Assembly: GCA_037138655.1 (NCBI GenBank) | Contig: JBAXHY010000001.1 | Span: 6,221 to 70,220, forward strand | DNA length: 64,000 nucleotides | Direction of reading: 5' to 3' | DNA from: a bacterium | Lineage (GTDB): Bacteria > Patescibacteriota > Saccharimonadia > Saccharimonadales > SZUA-47 | Shown here: positions 47,611 through 56,682 of the stretch, piece after piece | Layout of the letters: each line of letters starts with the position of its first letter | Position numbering within the stretch: the first letter of the stretch is position 1 | Position numbers and translations under genes: made by a program | Notes under the pieces: generated by a model | Seen by the model: the letters and a program-made list of their open reading frames with translations, nothing else | Told to the model about the DNA's origin: nothing | Databases searched by the model: none

Positions 47611-47645
47611 TAAAAACACCGGGTTTTATGCCGGTGTTTTTATTT
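47611..47645. terminator. Intrinsic terminator 3' of tRNA-Ser (bidirectional)
   Basis: acaccgg-gttttatg-ccggtgt flanked by A and T runs. Confidence 0.7.
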
Positions 47646-47735
47646 TGGCGGAGAAGGAGGGATTTGAACCCTCGATGGAGTTGCCCCCATACCGCCTTTC
47701 CAAGGCGGCGCACTAGGCCACTATGCGACCTCTCC
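47646..47735 (-). tRNA. tRNA-Ser (anticodon GGA), class II with long variable arm, CCA encoded
   Basis: Reverse complement folds as acceptor GGAGAGG/CUUCUCC, anticodon stem CCGCC/GGCGG with loop UUGGAAA, 18-nt variable arm, T-loop GGTTCAAATCC. Confidence 0.85.
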
Positions 47736-47853
47736 GTACGTGAAAAATAATACCATAGTTACTGTGCAGTTGCATTGTGGTGCATTATACATCACATTAA
47801 TTACCTTAATGCTTGCGACCGGTGTTTTTTAACAGGTACTATACATATTAACT

Positions 47854-48714
47854 ATGTCTGTTATAAAAATTGAAGATGTTTCTAAATTGTTTGGCTTTGG
47901 CGACGCCGCTACTGTTGCACTTGATGAAGTTAGCGTAACCATAGAAAAAGGTGAGTTTTTAGCAATTATGGGGCCAAGTGGCTCTGGCAAAACAACTCTT
48001 ATGAACATGATTGGGTTACTAGACAGACCAACTTACGGAAAGTTTATGCTCGACGAAAAAGATGTTTCTAAGATGCGCGTAAACAAAAGAGCAAAACTAA
48101 GAAGAGACAACATCGGTTTTATTTTTCAGTCTTTTCATATGTTGCCAAAATTAAGTGTCCTAGAAAACGTAGCACTTCCCCTTGCCTACAAAGGCGTGGG
48201 TCAAACAAAACGTTTAAAGCGTGCATCTGCAGTACTAGAACAAGTTGGTTTGTCGGACAGAGAATATTTTTACCCGCATCAATTGTCGGGCGGGCAATTG
48301 CAGCGTGCCGCAATTGCAAGAGCGCTAGTAAATAGCCCCAGTATAATAATTGCCGACGAGCCCACCGGAAACCTTGATACAGAATCTACAAGAGTAGTAA
48401 TGGAGTTGTTAAGCGAAATCCACAGCATGGGTAATACAATTTTAATGGTTACGCATAATCCTATTTTAACTAGGTATGCGTCCAGAATAATTTATATGCG
48501 CGACGGCGGTATAGTTTACGACGAAGCCAGCGACGTAGGTCAATTACCTGGCAGAGTCGAAAGAGCCCTTCAAGCTGTACGAACAAGTCGCGAAGAAGAT
48601 CGTATTGCTGGTGTTTCTGATTACTTAAAAGCAATGCCGCAAAAAAAATCCCCTAAACGCACAACTACAAAAAGCAAAAAAAGGCACAGCGCTAAACGAA
48701 GGACAAAATCATGA
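47854..48714 (+). CDS. ABC transporter ATP-binding protein (MacB/LolD/FtsE-like) with basic C-terminal tail
   Basis: Walker A GPSGSGKTT, signature LSGGQLQRAAIARA, Walker B IIIADEPTGNLD. Confidence 0.88.
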   Translation: MSVIKIEDVSKLFGFGDAATVALDEVSVTIEKGEFLAIMGPSGSGKTTLMNMIGLLDRPTYGKFMLDEKDVSKMRVNKRAKLRRDNIGFIFQSFHMLPKLSVLENVALPLAYKGVGQTKRLKRASAVLEQVGLSDREYFYPHQLSGGQLQRAAIARALVNSPSIIIADEPTGNLDTESTRVVMELLSEIHSMGNTILMVTHNPILTRYASRIIYMRDGGIVYDEASDVGQLPGRVERALQAVRTSREEDRIAGVSDYLKAMPQKKSPKRTTTKSKKRHSAKRRTKS

Positions 48715-49934
48715 ATAAAGAACACTTGAATATGGCCCTTAGTTCTATTAATGCATCCAGAACCAGAAGTTTTATGACTATGTTTGGAGTAATTATTAGT
48801 GTGTCGTCTGTAATAACTATAGTTGGACTTGGGCACGGACTACGAAACCAGGTAAGCGAACAAATTACAAAACTAGGAAGTAATTTAATAATTGTTCAAC
48901 CCGGAAAACCCAACAGCAGTAGTGCCGTAAGCCTTCAGTCATTACAAAGTGTTGCGAGCAGTCCTGAAGGCATAATAACCGAGCAAGATCTTTCGGCAGT
49001 TGCAAAAACAGCAGACATAAACTTATTAAGCCCTATCGCTACAATTACAGGCCTACCGAGTTTTGAAGAAAAAACTATGACAAATACAGTAATAGTTGGC
49101 GCAAGCGAATCTTTGCCAGAAATAGTCGATAAAAAAGTTAAATACGGTAGCTTTTTTTCTAAAGAAGATTTAGCTAAATATTATGCAGTTATAGGCAGAG
49201 GCGTTGCCGAAGAATTGTTTAACGAAAACATTCCAATCGGTAAATCATTCAAAATCAGAAACGTAGAATTTATTGTACAAGGAGTATTTGAAGAAACACC
49301 CGTTACTCCATTGTCTCCATCTGTTAACTTTAATAATTCTATTGTTATACCTTATGCAAAAGCCAAAGAAATAAGTGCTGGCAGCATGCAAATAAGCCAA
49401 ATACTAGTAACTACAAAAAGTGCGGACGTGACAGAAAAAGTGTCTAAAACTATACAATCTACAATACTAAAAAACCACGGTGGACAAGAGGATTTTAGTG
49501 TACTAAGGCAAGAGGAAACTTTGGCAATTAGTGACGGAGTATTTAGCCAATTAACTATTTTCATTGGTGGTGTTGCCCTTATTTCACTAATTGTTGGCGG
49601 TATTGGAATAATGAACATTATGTTTGCAACGGTTAGTGAACGTACGCGTGAAATTGGAATCAGAAAAGCAATTGGTGCAACAAATAAACAAATCATCGAT
49701 CAATTTATAATAGAGGCAGTGACGTTATCTGCTACTGGTGGAATTGTAGGCATAATACTATCACTCATGATTATTATTGCAATTAGATCCACCACAAGCC
49801 TAGAACCGGCAATAGTGTTACCTGTAATTGGCGCGTCTTTTTTGGTAAGCGTTGGGGTAGGAATAGTGTCTGGAATATTACCGGCTATTAAAGCAGCCCG
49901 AAAAGATCCTATTGATTCGCTACGCGGAATTTAG
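48711..49934 (+). CDS. ABC transporter permease, MacB-periplasmic-core/FtsX family
   Basis: N-terminal TM, large periplasmic domain, three C-terminal TM helices typical of FtsX; overlaps the ATPase gene by 4 nt. Confidence 0.8.
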   Translation: MNKEHLNMALSSINASRTRSFMTMFGVIISVSSVITIVGLGHGLRNQVSEQITKLGSNLIIVQPGKPNSSSAVSLQSLQSVASSPEGIITEQDLSAVAKTADINLLSPIATITGLPSFEEKTMTNTVIVGASESLPEIVDKKVKYGSFFSKEDLAKYYAVIGRGVAEELFNENIPIGKSFKIRNVEFIVQGVFEETPVTPLSPSVNFNNSIVIPYAKAKEISAGSMQISQILVTTKSADVTEKVSKTIQSTILKNHGGQEDFSVLRQEETLAISDGVFSQLTIFIGGVALISLIVGGIGIMNIMFATVSERTREIGIRKAIGATNKQIIDQFIIEAVTLSATGGIVGIILSLMIIIAIRSTTSLEPAIVLPVIGASFLVSVGVGIVSGILPAIKAARKDPIDSLRGI

Positions 49935-49936
49935 AA

Positions 49937-50971
49937 CTATTTTACAAGTTCTGCTTTTAACTTTTCTACCAAGTCTACAGGTGTAGGATCTACGCCGTTT
50001 AATATACCTACATACAAGCTAACAAAGTCGCCAAATACTACAGTCCAAACAAGCTGTTCAATCAAGGTATCCCCTTTTGCGTTAACAACATGCGCTGCTG
50101 GGCGTTTTCCCGACAATAATTTGTCTACAATTTCAAAGCGCTTAGTTACGCGGTCATTGTCAAAACTACTGCGCAGATCAACAATGCTATATGGCTTTTC
50201 GACTGGGTGGCTTGCCCAACCAATAAATTCGTTATGGCAAAATTCTGGATAACTGTTACACCATGCAACGTTTTTGGCGTTTTCGTTAAAACTAATCTTC
50301 CACTTATAAGCTGCTGGCCACAAAGTTGAGCCAGCATAAATTACAGGTGATGTACCGGCAAGCTCTAATGCAAGCTGTTTTGCCGGGTTCTTTGATGTAG
50401 GCACATCCACTAGCCAGTTTTTAACTGCTGCTTCTAGGTGATCTGCGGCTGCAAACAGTTCGGCATCCATATCTTTTGCATTAACAAACCCGACACTCTC
50501 TAAAATATCTATTAACGCCTTAAAACAATAAAGTACAGCAAACCTGGGCTGAGCCGCTTTTGGTAAAAGAATAAAAGGCACATTATGTTCTGACGCCAAT
50601 TGTTGCAACTTACCACCCCCAGCAATTACAACCAGTTCGGCACCTGCGGCTATTGCCTCATGAAAAGCGTTGACCGTTTCTTCGGTGTTGCCCGAATAAC
50701 TTGCAGCAATAACAAGGGTGTTTTTACCCACATAGGCAGGTAAATGGTAGTCAGTTACTATTTCAAATGGAACTTTGTATTTTGGCCAAGACGCAGACAA
50801 TCTGGCGGCTAATGCTGAACCTCCCATGGCTGCATAAACTACGTTCTGAACATCTTTTTTTAAATTCAAAGGCTCAAATTTTTTACGAAGTTGCTCTGCA
50901 GCATGAGAAGCAATCTGTAGCGCGCCGCTACTATCTATTTGGTTAATATATTTTAAATCATCAAGCAACAT
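49937..50971 (-). CDS. Bifunctional phosphoglucose/phosphomannose isomerase family (double SIS domain)
   Basis: SYSGNTEET motif and SIS-domain layout; 344 aa. Confidence 0.65.
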   Translation of the reverse strand: MLLDDLKYINQIDSSGALQIASHAAEQLRKKFEPLNLKKDVQNVVYAAMGGSALAARLSASWPKYKVPFEIVTDYHLPAYVGKNTLVIAASYSGNTEETVNAFHEAIAAGAELVVIAGGGKLQQLASEHNVPFILLPKAAQPRFAVLYCFKALIDILESVGFVNAKDMDAELFAAADHLEAAVKNWLVDVPTSKNPAKQLALELAGTSPVIYAGSTLWPAAYKWKISFNENAKNVAWCNSYPEFCHNEFIGWASHPVEKPYSIVDLRSSFDNDRVTKRFEIVDKLLSGKRPAAHVVNAKGDTLIEQLVWTVVFGDFVSLYVGILNGVDPTPVDLVEKLKAELVK

Positions 50972-51050
50972 ACATTCCCCTTGTGCTTTTTTTGTTGTAT
51001 ACTACTCACTATAAACTATAATCTATAAACTATCGATATTGGGGGTGGGA

Positions 51051-51533
51051 ATGTTCGGACAAAGAGACACAAGCAGTACAGACGATGCGAATCAACAAAG
51101 TAGCACTCCAGTTTTGCCAATGCCTGACTATAATTCTCAGATGCCGGCGAGCCTGCCCGTAACTACAGCTCCGTCAGTTCCAAATTTTGACATACCAGCA
51201 CCAGAACAATTAAGCTCACCTGTTACTAACAGCCCGCAACCACCTGTTCAGACAAGCCCAGAAGTCACATCAGATATTACGCCCGAAGATTTAGTAAGTA
51301 TGAAGCAAGAGGCATTGCAACACCTTCAGCCACTAGTAGACACCCTAGAACAATCACCAGAAGAAGAATTTAGGACAATAATGATGATGATTCAGGCAAC
51401 TGACGATAAAAAAATGTTAAAAAAAGCACTTGAATCAGCTAAAAAAATTAAAGACGATAAAATTCGTGCGCAAGCAATGCTAGATGTAATTAACGAGATT
51501 AATTACTTTACTCAAACTTCTCAGGCAGAATAA
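51051..51533 (+). CDS. Hypothetical Pro/Ser/Gln-rich protein
   Basis: Strong RBS GGGGGTGGG before ATG 51051; low-complexity N-terminal half, helical C-terminal half. Confidence 0.4.
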   Translation: MFGQRDTSSTDDANQQSSTPVLPMPDYNSQMPASLPVTTAPSVPNFDIPAPEQLSSPVTNSPQPPVQTSPEVTSDITPEDLVSMKQEALQHLQPLVDTLEQSPEEEFRTIMMMIQATDDKKMLKKALESAKKIKDDKIRAQAMLDVINEINYFTQTSQAE

Positions 51534-51538
51534 ATATA

Positions 51539-52036
51539 TTAGTTTTTACTAATTAGAATTTTTCGGTAAGAACAAAAACCAATAATCGTGACTAGGGCAA
51601 ACAACCCTGCCGACAAGCCAGGGCCAGTATTTGGCACATTTGTAGCTGCCGACACTGCCTTTTTATTAATAGCGTCTGTCTGACTTGGCGAAACACCTTG
51701 AGCCGGAGTTATATAGCCACTAATACTAGTTTCTACAACCGGTACAGAAACTTTTGCTGTTGGTTGTTCTACTTTTATGACATTACCGTCGTTTTTAGTT
51801 GCGTTATCGGTGTCTGCTACTAGTACGGTTGCTACCGAGCTTGATTTTTTGTTGTTTAGTTTTCTGTAGACCCATCTACCCCCAGAAAAAAGTCCAACAA
51901 ATACTGCAACAGTAATAAATAAGCTAGTAAACGCTAATAGCCAAGCAACGCTGGTACTTTGCTTATTTTGTGTAGAATAAAATTCCTGAAGTTCAGGAAT
52001 TTGAGTTGTGGTATTTTTTTTACTAAATATCGACAT
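51539..52036 (-). CDS. Hypothetical surface protein with sortase-like sorting signal
   Basis: N-terminal TM/signal, C-terminal VPNTG followed by a hydrophobic stretch and a basic tail (YRK). Confidence 0.4.
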   Translation of the reverse strand: MSIFSKKNTTTQIPELQEFYSTQNKQSTSVAWLLAFTSLFITVAVFVGLFSGGRWVYRKLNNKKSSSVATVLVADTDNATKNDGNVIKVEQPTAKVSVPVVETSISGYITPAQGVSPSQTDAINKKAVSAATNVPNTGPGLSAGLFALVTIIGFCSYRKILISKN

Positions 52037-52276
52037 GACTTTAATATCTCCAATTAATGCCTATCATTTAAATATACAATACTACATTGATACCATTTTT
52101 GCAAATCTGGCTACAAACCACACTCTCTTGTACTAAAAAGGGGTCTTGTTTCCCAAGCCATGAATGGTCATTGTTTATGACCTTCCGTACCTTTTTGGAC
52201 AATTGAGGGTGGCTTAGCGCTGCAATTCCCTCATGACACAAAAACTTTATGTTATAGGGGAATTGCGGTGGGATGG

Positions 52277-53317
52277 TTAGGATACGAATCGTAAAAGGCC
52301 CAACCTGCGCAACAGGCTATCGAGTCTTGCAATAGCTCCATCATCGCCCTTATAGGCGCCTATTACGTCTGCTACCATTCGTTCAAATCCCTTACTGTCG
52401 CTGGTATTGTCAATAGCCATAGTAACTACAGTAAAATCATATCTGTCGGCAGACTCAGCTGCCCCAGAACCGCATTTTACCTGCACGCGAGTTACTGCAT
52501 CGCCCCTGTTAATAACAACATCGTGGGCTACTCTAGTGCCAATATTAGGTGGCATTCCTGCTCGAGGCTTGTCTTCGCGTTCATTAGCAAGACGAACAAA
52601 ATTATTAGAATCTTCGCCTTCGTTTTGCCAAAGTTTAAATTGTGCACTTGCCATAACGGCAAATTCAAACAATTTTCCGTCACCTACTCCGTCATCTTTT
52701 TGTTCGCCAGGAAGAGGACGTTTTTTGCGTTGCTCTATTACTCGCTCTAAAGCCTTTACTCTCCACGACTCCTCACTATCAGCTACCCTGGTACGTTCGC
52801 CTGTTCTTGTTTGAGAAATTTTAACTAGTTGTACGCCCCTTCTAGAGAGCTCGTCCTTAGTTGTACTAATTCCCATAAAAGCATCTACTTTTTGAGCTCG
52901 TGTGCTTAATGGATCATTACAAACTGAACTTTGTAACGACAGTACGAAACGCAATAAACTGTTGCTATATTCATATTCCACAACTTGTTCAGGGCTTGCT
53001 CCCAAAGCAAGAACAATGTCGGACATCATCGATACAGCCTCTAGCTTTTCGCTAGGATTAGCTACAATACCAGCCATACTAACAAGGTTAGCGTTTAACC
53101 TAGCAGACAACTCACCTGCTGTTTCGCCTAGCTTAGGTTCTAGTAATGTAGTTGCCGCAAGGTTAAGTAAAGGCGCTGCGTCTTCAGGATTAAGTTCATA
53201 ACAGGGTCCCATTCGGTGATATTCTGCCGCGGCTTGTTCGCGACTCATTAGTTGCACAGCCTCAGGTTGTGCTTCTTGAATAATTTCTAGTGGACTTGGT
53301 TGAATCGTATCTGTCAT
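52277..53317 (-). CDS. Hypothetical protein, locally GC-rich
   Basis: 346 aa ORF whose composition is visibly more G+C rich than its neighbours; no family recognised. Confidence 0.4.
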   Translation of the reverse strand: MTDTIQPSPLEIIQEAQPEAVQLMSREQAAAEYHRMGPCYELNPEDAAPLLNLAATTLLEPKLGETAGELSARLNANLVSMAGIVANPSEKLEAVSMMSDIVLALGASPEQVVEYEYSNSLLRFVLSLQSSVCNDPLSTRAQKVDAFMGISTTKDELSRRGVQLVKISQTRTGERTRVADSEESWRVKALERVIEQRKKRPLPGEQKDDGVGDGKLFEFAVMASAQFKLWQNEGEDSNNFVRLANEREDKPRAGMPPNIGTRVAHDVVINRGDAVTRVQVKCGSGAAESADRYDFTVVTMAIDNTSDSKGFERMVADVIGAYKGDDGAIARLDSLLRRLGLLRFVS

Positions 53318-53395
53318 TGTTTTATGTTTGTGTTTTATGGTTTACTATGACATAATAGCATTAAGTACACATTTTGTCAATAAAGTTAAGGAACT

Positions 53396-53689
53396 ATGAA
53401 AACGTACAGCGTCTTCCCAGCACTAATCGAATCGGACGTCGCTAATATTGAAGTTGGCGAGAATTTTATTGTATTGGCCACACCTGATTTAGTTGCGTTC
53501 TCTAAAGATTTTAACTTTGATAATGTAAGTCGTTTTGTAATACGCGCAACTAATAAAGAAGTCGATAATATCCACGCCTTTGTAGGGGGGCTTGTTCTTG
53601 AACCGCCTGTTCACATGGGGCAAAAAGCAGTTCTTACTGTTTCTTGGCTAAACAGTAAGGACTTCCGTAGTATATTAGACGTTCAATAA
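53396..53689 (+). CDS. Hypothetical small protein
   Basis: 97 aa ORF divergent from the GC-rich gene. Confidence 0.35.
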   Translation: MKTYSVFPALIESDVANIEVGENFIVLATPDLVAFSKDFNFDNVSRFVIRATNKEVDNIHAFVGGLVLEPPVHMGQKAVLTVSWLNSKDFRSILDVQ

Positions 53690-53690
53690 A

Positions 53691-53725
53691 AAAACGCCCC
53701 TATTATGAGGCGGATTTTTATATTA
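53691..53725. terminator. Possible bidirectional terminator between the 53396 ORF and groEL
   Basis: Short GC stem (cgcc/ggcg) flanked by an A run and a T run. Confidence 0.35.
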
Positions 53726-53734
53726 TTTTCGATT

Positions 53735-55402
53735 TTAGTAGTCGGCGCCCATGCCACCCATACCAGCGGCTGCCGCTGATTTTGGTTCTGGTACTTCTAC
53801 TACTAATGCACCCATAGTCATGCCTGTTCCAGCAATACTAACCGCATTTTGAATCGCTTCACGCGTTACACGCTTCGGGTCAATAATTCCTTTAGCCTTT
53901 AGGTCTACTAACTTAGCTGGATCGTTAACATTAACGCCAAATCCTTGTTTACCTGACTTAACTTGCGGTAACCATTCGTCTGGGTTAATTGCAGAGTTTT
54001 CCATTAATATACGAAAGGGTTGTTCTAGTGCGCGCTTAAGCAAAAACTTGCCGTTACTGTAAGCGACGTTATCTACGCCAACAATTAATTTTTCGTCCTG
54101 GACTATAAGTTCGGCAAGATTAACCATAGTTACGCCACCACCTGCCACGATTCCTTCGTCTAATGCGGCTTTAACGGCAGCAACTGCATCGTCTACTCTA
54201 AACTTCTTTTCTTCTATTTCTGTTTCTGTTGCTCCGCCTACTTTAATAACTGCAACCTTGCCGCCTAGTGCTGCCGCGCGCTTTACTAAAGGTTCGTTGC
54301 CGTAATGCGTGTCTGGTTTTTTAGAATCAACTTGAGCCAAAATATGCTTAATACGAGACTTAACATCTGCCGCACTTCCTGCGCCTTCAATTATTGTTGT
54401 GCTGTCTTTACCAACAATTACTTTACGGGCACGACCAACAACTTCTAGCCCAACCGTATCAAATGTCATTCCAAGATCTTCGGTCACTACGGTCGCGCCA
54501 GTTAGTATTGCGATGTCGTTGAGCACTTCTTTACGTCGGTCGCCAAACTCTGGAGCTTTTACAGCAACAGCGTTAAATACGCCCTTTAGTTTGTTTAAAA
54601 TTAGCGCGCCAAGTGCATCACCTTCTACATCTTCGGCTATTAAAATAAGATTTTTTTCGCCTTTTGCTGCCAATTTTTCTAGAATTGGCAAAAATTCTTG
54701 GATATTGCTAAGTTTTTTGTCGGTTATTACAATTGCTGGCTTGTCATATACAGCCTGCATTCGCGTACTGTCGGTAACCATGTATGGACTTACAAAACCT
54801 CTGCTAAATGTAAATCCTTCTACTACTTCGTGTTCTAGATGTAGTCCCTGACCTTCTTCAACAGTCACTACGCCCGATTTACCAACTTTGTCCATCACAT
54901 CAGCAATTAGTGCACCAATTTCGGCGTCACCTGCGCTAATAGTTGCCACTTCGGCGATGCGGCTCTTTTTGCCTTCTATACTTTCGGCCATACCGTTTAG
55001 TTTTTTAAGTACATCTGTCGCTGCTGCTTCTAGACCTTTTCTAAGTAGCATTGGGTTATGACCTGCTGCTATTAGTTTATTTGCTTCGTTTAAAATATGG
55101 TAAGTCAAAACAGTAACGGTAGTAGTACCGTCGCCTGCAACGTCGTTCATTTTGCTGGCCGCTTGCTTTATAAGTTCGGCACCTACTTTGTAGCCCAAAG
55201 TTTCGTCGTCAACGTCTGCAATCTCTACACCTTTTGCTACGGTAACACCGTCATGAGTAACCGTTGGCGAGCCGTAAGTTTTGCTAATAATTACGTTACG
55301 TCCCTTTGGTCCCATTGTCGTTTTAACTGCTTCGTACAAAATACGAGCTCCGCCTAATACTCTTCTGCGCGCATCTTCGTCATAAAAAACTTTTTTAGAC
55401 AT
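53735..55402 (-). CDS. groL: Chaperonin GroEL (60 kDa)
   Basis: 555 aa, equatorial ATP-binding motifs (DGTTT), C-terminal GGM repeats. Confidence 0.95.
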   Translation of the reverse strand: MSKKVFYDEDARRRVLGGARILYEAVKTTMGPKGRNVIISKTYGSPTVTHDGVTVAKGVEIADVDDETLGYKVGAELIKQAASKMNDVAGDGTTTVTVLTYHILNEANKLIAAGHNPMLLRKGLEAAATDVLKKLNGMAESIEGKKSRIAEVATISAGDAEIGALIADVMDKVGKSGVVTVEEGQGLHLEHEVVEGFTFSRGFVSPYMVTDSTRMQAVYDKPAIVITDKKLSNIQEFLPILEKLAAKGEKNLILIAEDVEGDALGALILNKLKGVFNAVAVKAPEFGDRRKEVLNDIAILTGATVVTEDLGMTFDTVGLEVVGRARKVIVGKDSTTIIEGAGSAADVKSRIKHILAQVDSKKPDTHYGNEPLVKRAAALGGKVAVIKVGGATETEIEEKKFRVDDAVAAVKAALDEGIVAGGGVTMVNLAELIVQDEKLIVGVDNVAYSNGKFLLKRALEQPFRILMENSAINPDEWLPQVKSGKQGFGVNVNDPAKLVDLKAKGIIDPKRVTREAIQNAVSIAGTGMTMGALVVEVPEPKSAAAAGMGGMGADY

Positions 55403-55405
55403 AGT

Positions 55406-55675
55406 TTAAGCCTTTACCTTTGCATATACGTTTTCTTCTTTTACTAAAATATATTCTGTTGATTCGATTGTTACTTCGGTGTTGCTATATCCGCCGTAAA
55501 CAACGCGGTCCCCAACTTTTACATCTTTAACGTCTTTACCTACAGCTAATACTTTAGCTATTTTTGGTTTGTCGGCGGATTTTTCTGGCAAGTACAAACC
55601 GCTGGCAGTCTTAGTCTTTACTACTTCTTGCTCTATAACAACATAATCCGCTAGCGGAACTAAAGGTACACTCAT
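55406..55675 (-). CDS. groS: Co-chaperonin GroES (10 kDa)
   Basis: 89 aa, mobile-loop and beta-barrel pattern, immediately upstream of groEL. Confidence 0.92.
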   Translation of the reverse strand: MSVPLVPLADYVVIEQEVVKTKTASGLYLPEKSADKPKIAKVLAVGKDVKDVKVGDRVVYGGYSNTEVTIESTEYILVKEENVYAKVKA

Positions 55676-55753
55676 ATTAATCCTCCGATTTTAAGTTAGA
55701 AACGGTTGGTAAATCTCGCATTTTCACCAACCTCCACAGCTATATTAGCTTAG

Positions 55754-55780
55754 TCTAGCACTCACTATATATGAGTGCCA
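55754..55780. promoter_or_regulatory. CIRCE operator upstream of groES
   Basis: CTAGCACTC-actatatat-GAGTGCCAG, a close match to TTAGCACTC-N9-GAGTGCTAA, 79 nt upstream of the groES start. Confidence 0.75.
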
Positions 55781-55808
55781 GTATAACGGTCAATACCTCT
55801 TAAAAACT

Positions 55809-55830
55809 AAAAAACCGCACTAATATGCGG
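55809..55830 (-). terminator. Intrinsic terminator for a minus-strand transcript ending just upstream of the groESL promoter
   Basis: On the minus strand: ccgca-tattag-tgcgg followed by TTTTTT. Confidence 0.55.
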
Positions 55831-56600
55831 ATAAACAAACGAAGTGATAAATAAGAGAGATTGTAATTGAGTGTGAAGGTGGAGTGGGGGTTGCTAAAAA
55901 GCGATGTTGATCGATTTAAATCGTTCATAATCTTTTATTTAGCAATTCCCCACTCCGTATCGATACTATAAGCATCAATCCTTCCGCGTACAGCAATTTG
56001 CAGTTCGATGAGTGGTATTGAACAACACAGCAAATTTACTGTAAGCCTATTTTCATTTTTACCCCCAAGAGGTAGAAGTTAAAACAGATTCACCCGCTAC
56101 GCGATGCTTCCTCCGTGTGCCCGAACATCTTCTAGGTCAAATTTAGCCAGACTTTCGGCGACACGAACGCGAATTGCGTCTATGTTCCCCCGGCCTTTGG
56201 TTGGCGTAAACAAAACCTCGCATGACAGTCCTTTGTGGACCTTGCGGGCATCCGGCGAGCGCGTCGGTTCGTTGCTTTTAACGAACCTGTTATTCAACTT
56301 GGCGTGCTGTCGTTGCCTTTCATGCCTTTTTGTTCGGGCCGGCTTATCATCTATGTAGCTTTTCAAGGCTACCCCCATTCCTGGATTGAGTGCATCGTTT
56401 CACAACGAGGCAGTCTTATGCATTTGCTCTAGTCTCACGACAGTGCACGCTATTATTAACCGTTTAATAACAACGTGCACTGCCCTGGATTTTTTATACA
56501 ATCTCTCTTATTTGTAAATGAACAGCCATCGCTCGTGCGATAACACAGCGTTTATCTATATTTGACAAACTTGTTAGTAAATGTACTCCTACAAATCTTA
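55831..56600 (-). ncRNA. ORF-less, GC-rich, highly structured region (candidate structured non-coding RNA or degraded element; identity unresolved)
   Basis: About 750 nt without a credible ORF in a genome that is otherwise more than 90% coding. GC is well above neighbours. Long-range complementarities are present (gtgcccgaac/gttcgggc 217 nt apart; ggagtgggg...ccccactcc hairpin with a nested cgatttaaatcg palindrome). A minus-strand promoter-like TTGACA-17-TACATT lies near 56580-56606 and a terminator at 55809-55830. Confidence 0.3.
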
Positions 56601-56682
56601 ATTGTCAATTTTTTTAATCTGTCAGAACACAACTATTTGCCATACAAGTTTTGATAACGTGGGTTTTGATACAATATAAACT

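Noticed and set aside
47811-47832. Second accggtgtttttt segment near 47816 as a terminator copy
   Set aside because: It shares the ccggtgtttt half with the tRNA terminator, but no complementary upstream arm is present, so it does not form a hairpin. This is probably chance similarity within the promoter region of the ABC transporter.
56097-56432. ORFs 56097..56378 (-), 56104..56358 (+) and 56235..56432 (+) as protein-coding genes
   Set aside because: They overlap each other on opposite strands within a GC-rich structured region, lack an RBS, and have Arg/Ser/Leu-rich translations typical of GC-rich non-coding DNA.
55831-56600. Specific identification of the structured region as RNase P RNA or tmRNA
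   Set aside because: By eye I could not find the universally conserved RNase P blocks (GGAAAGUCCGGGC, AGGGUGAAAnGGUGCGGUAAGAGCGCACC) or a tmRNA tag reading frame and T-arm. Only a weak SRP-like GGAGGAAGCA segment is present. The region is left as an unassigned candidate ncRNA.
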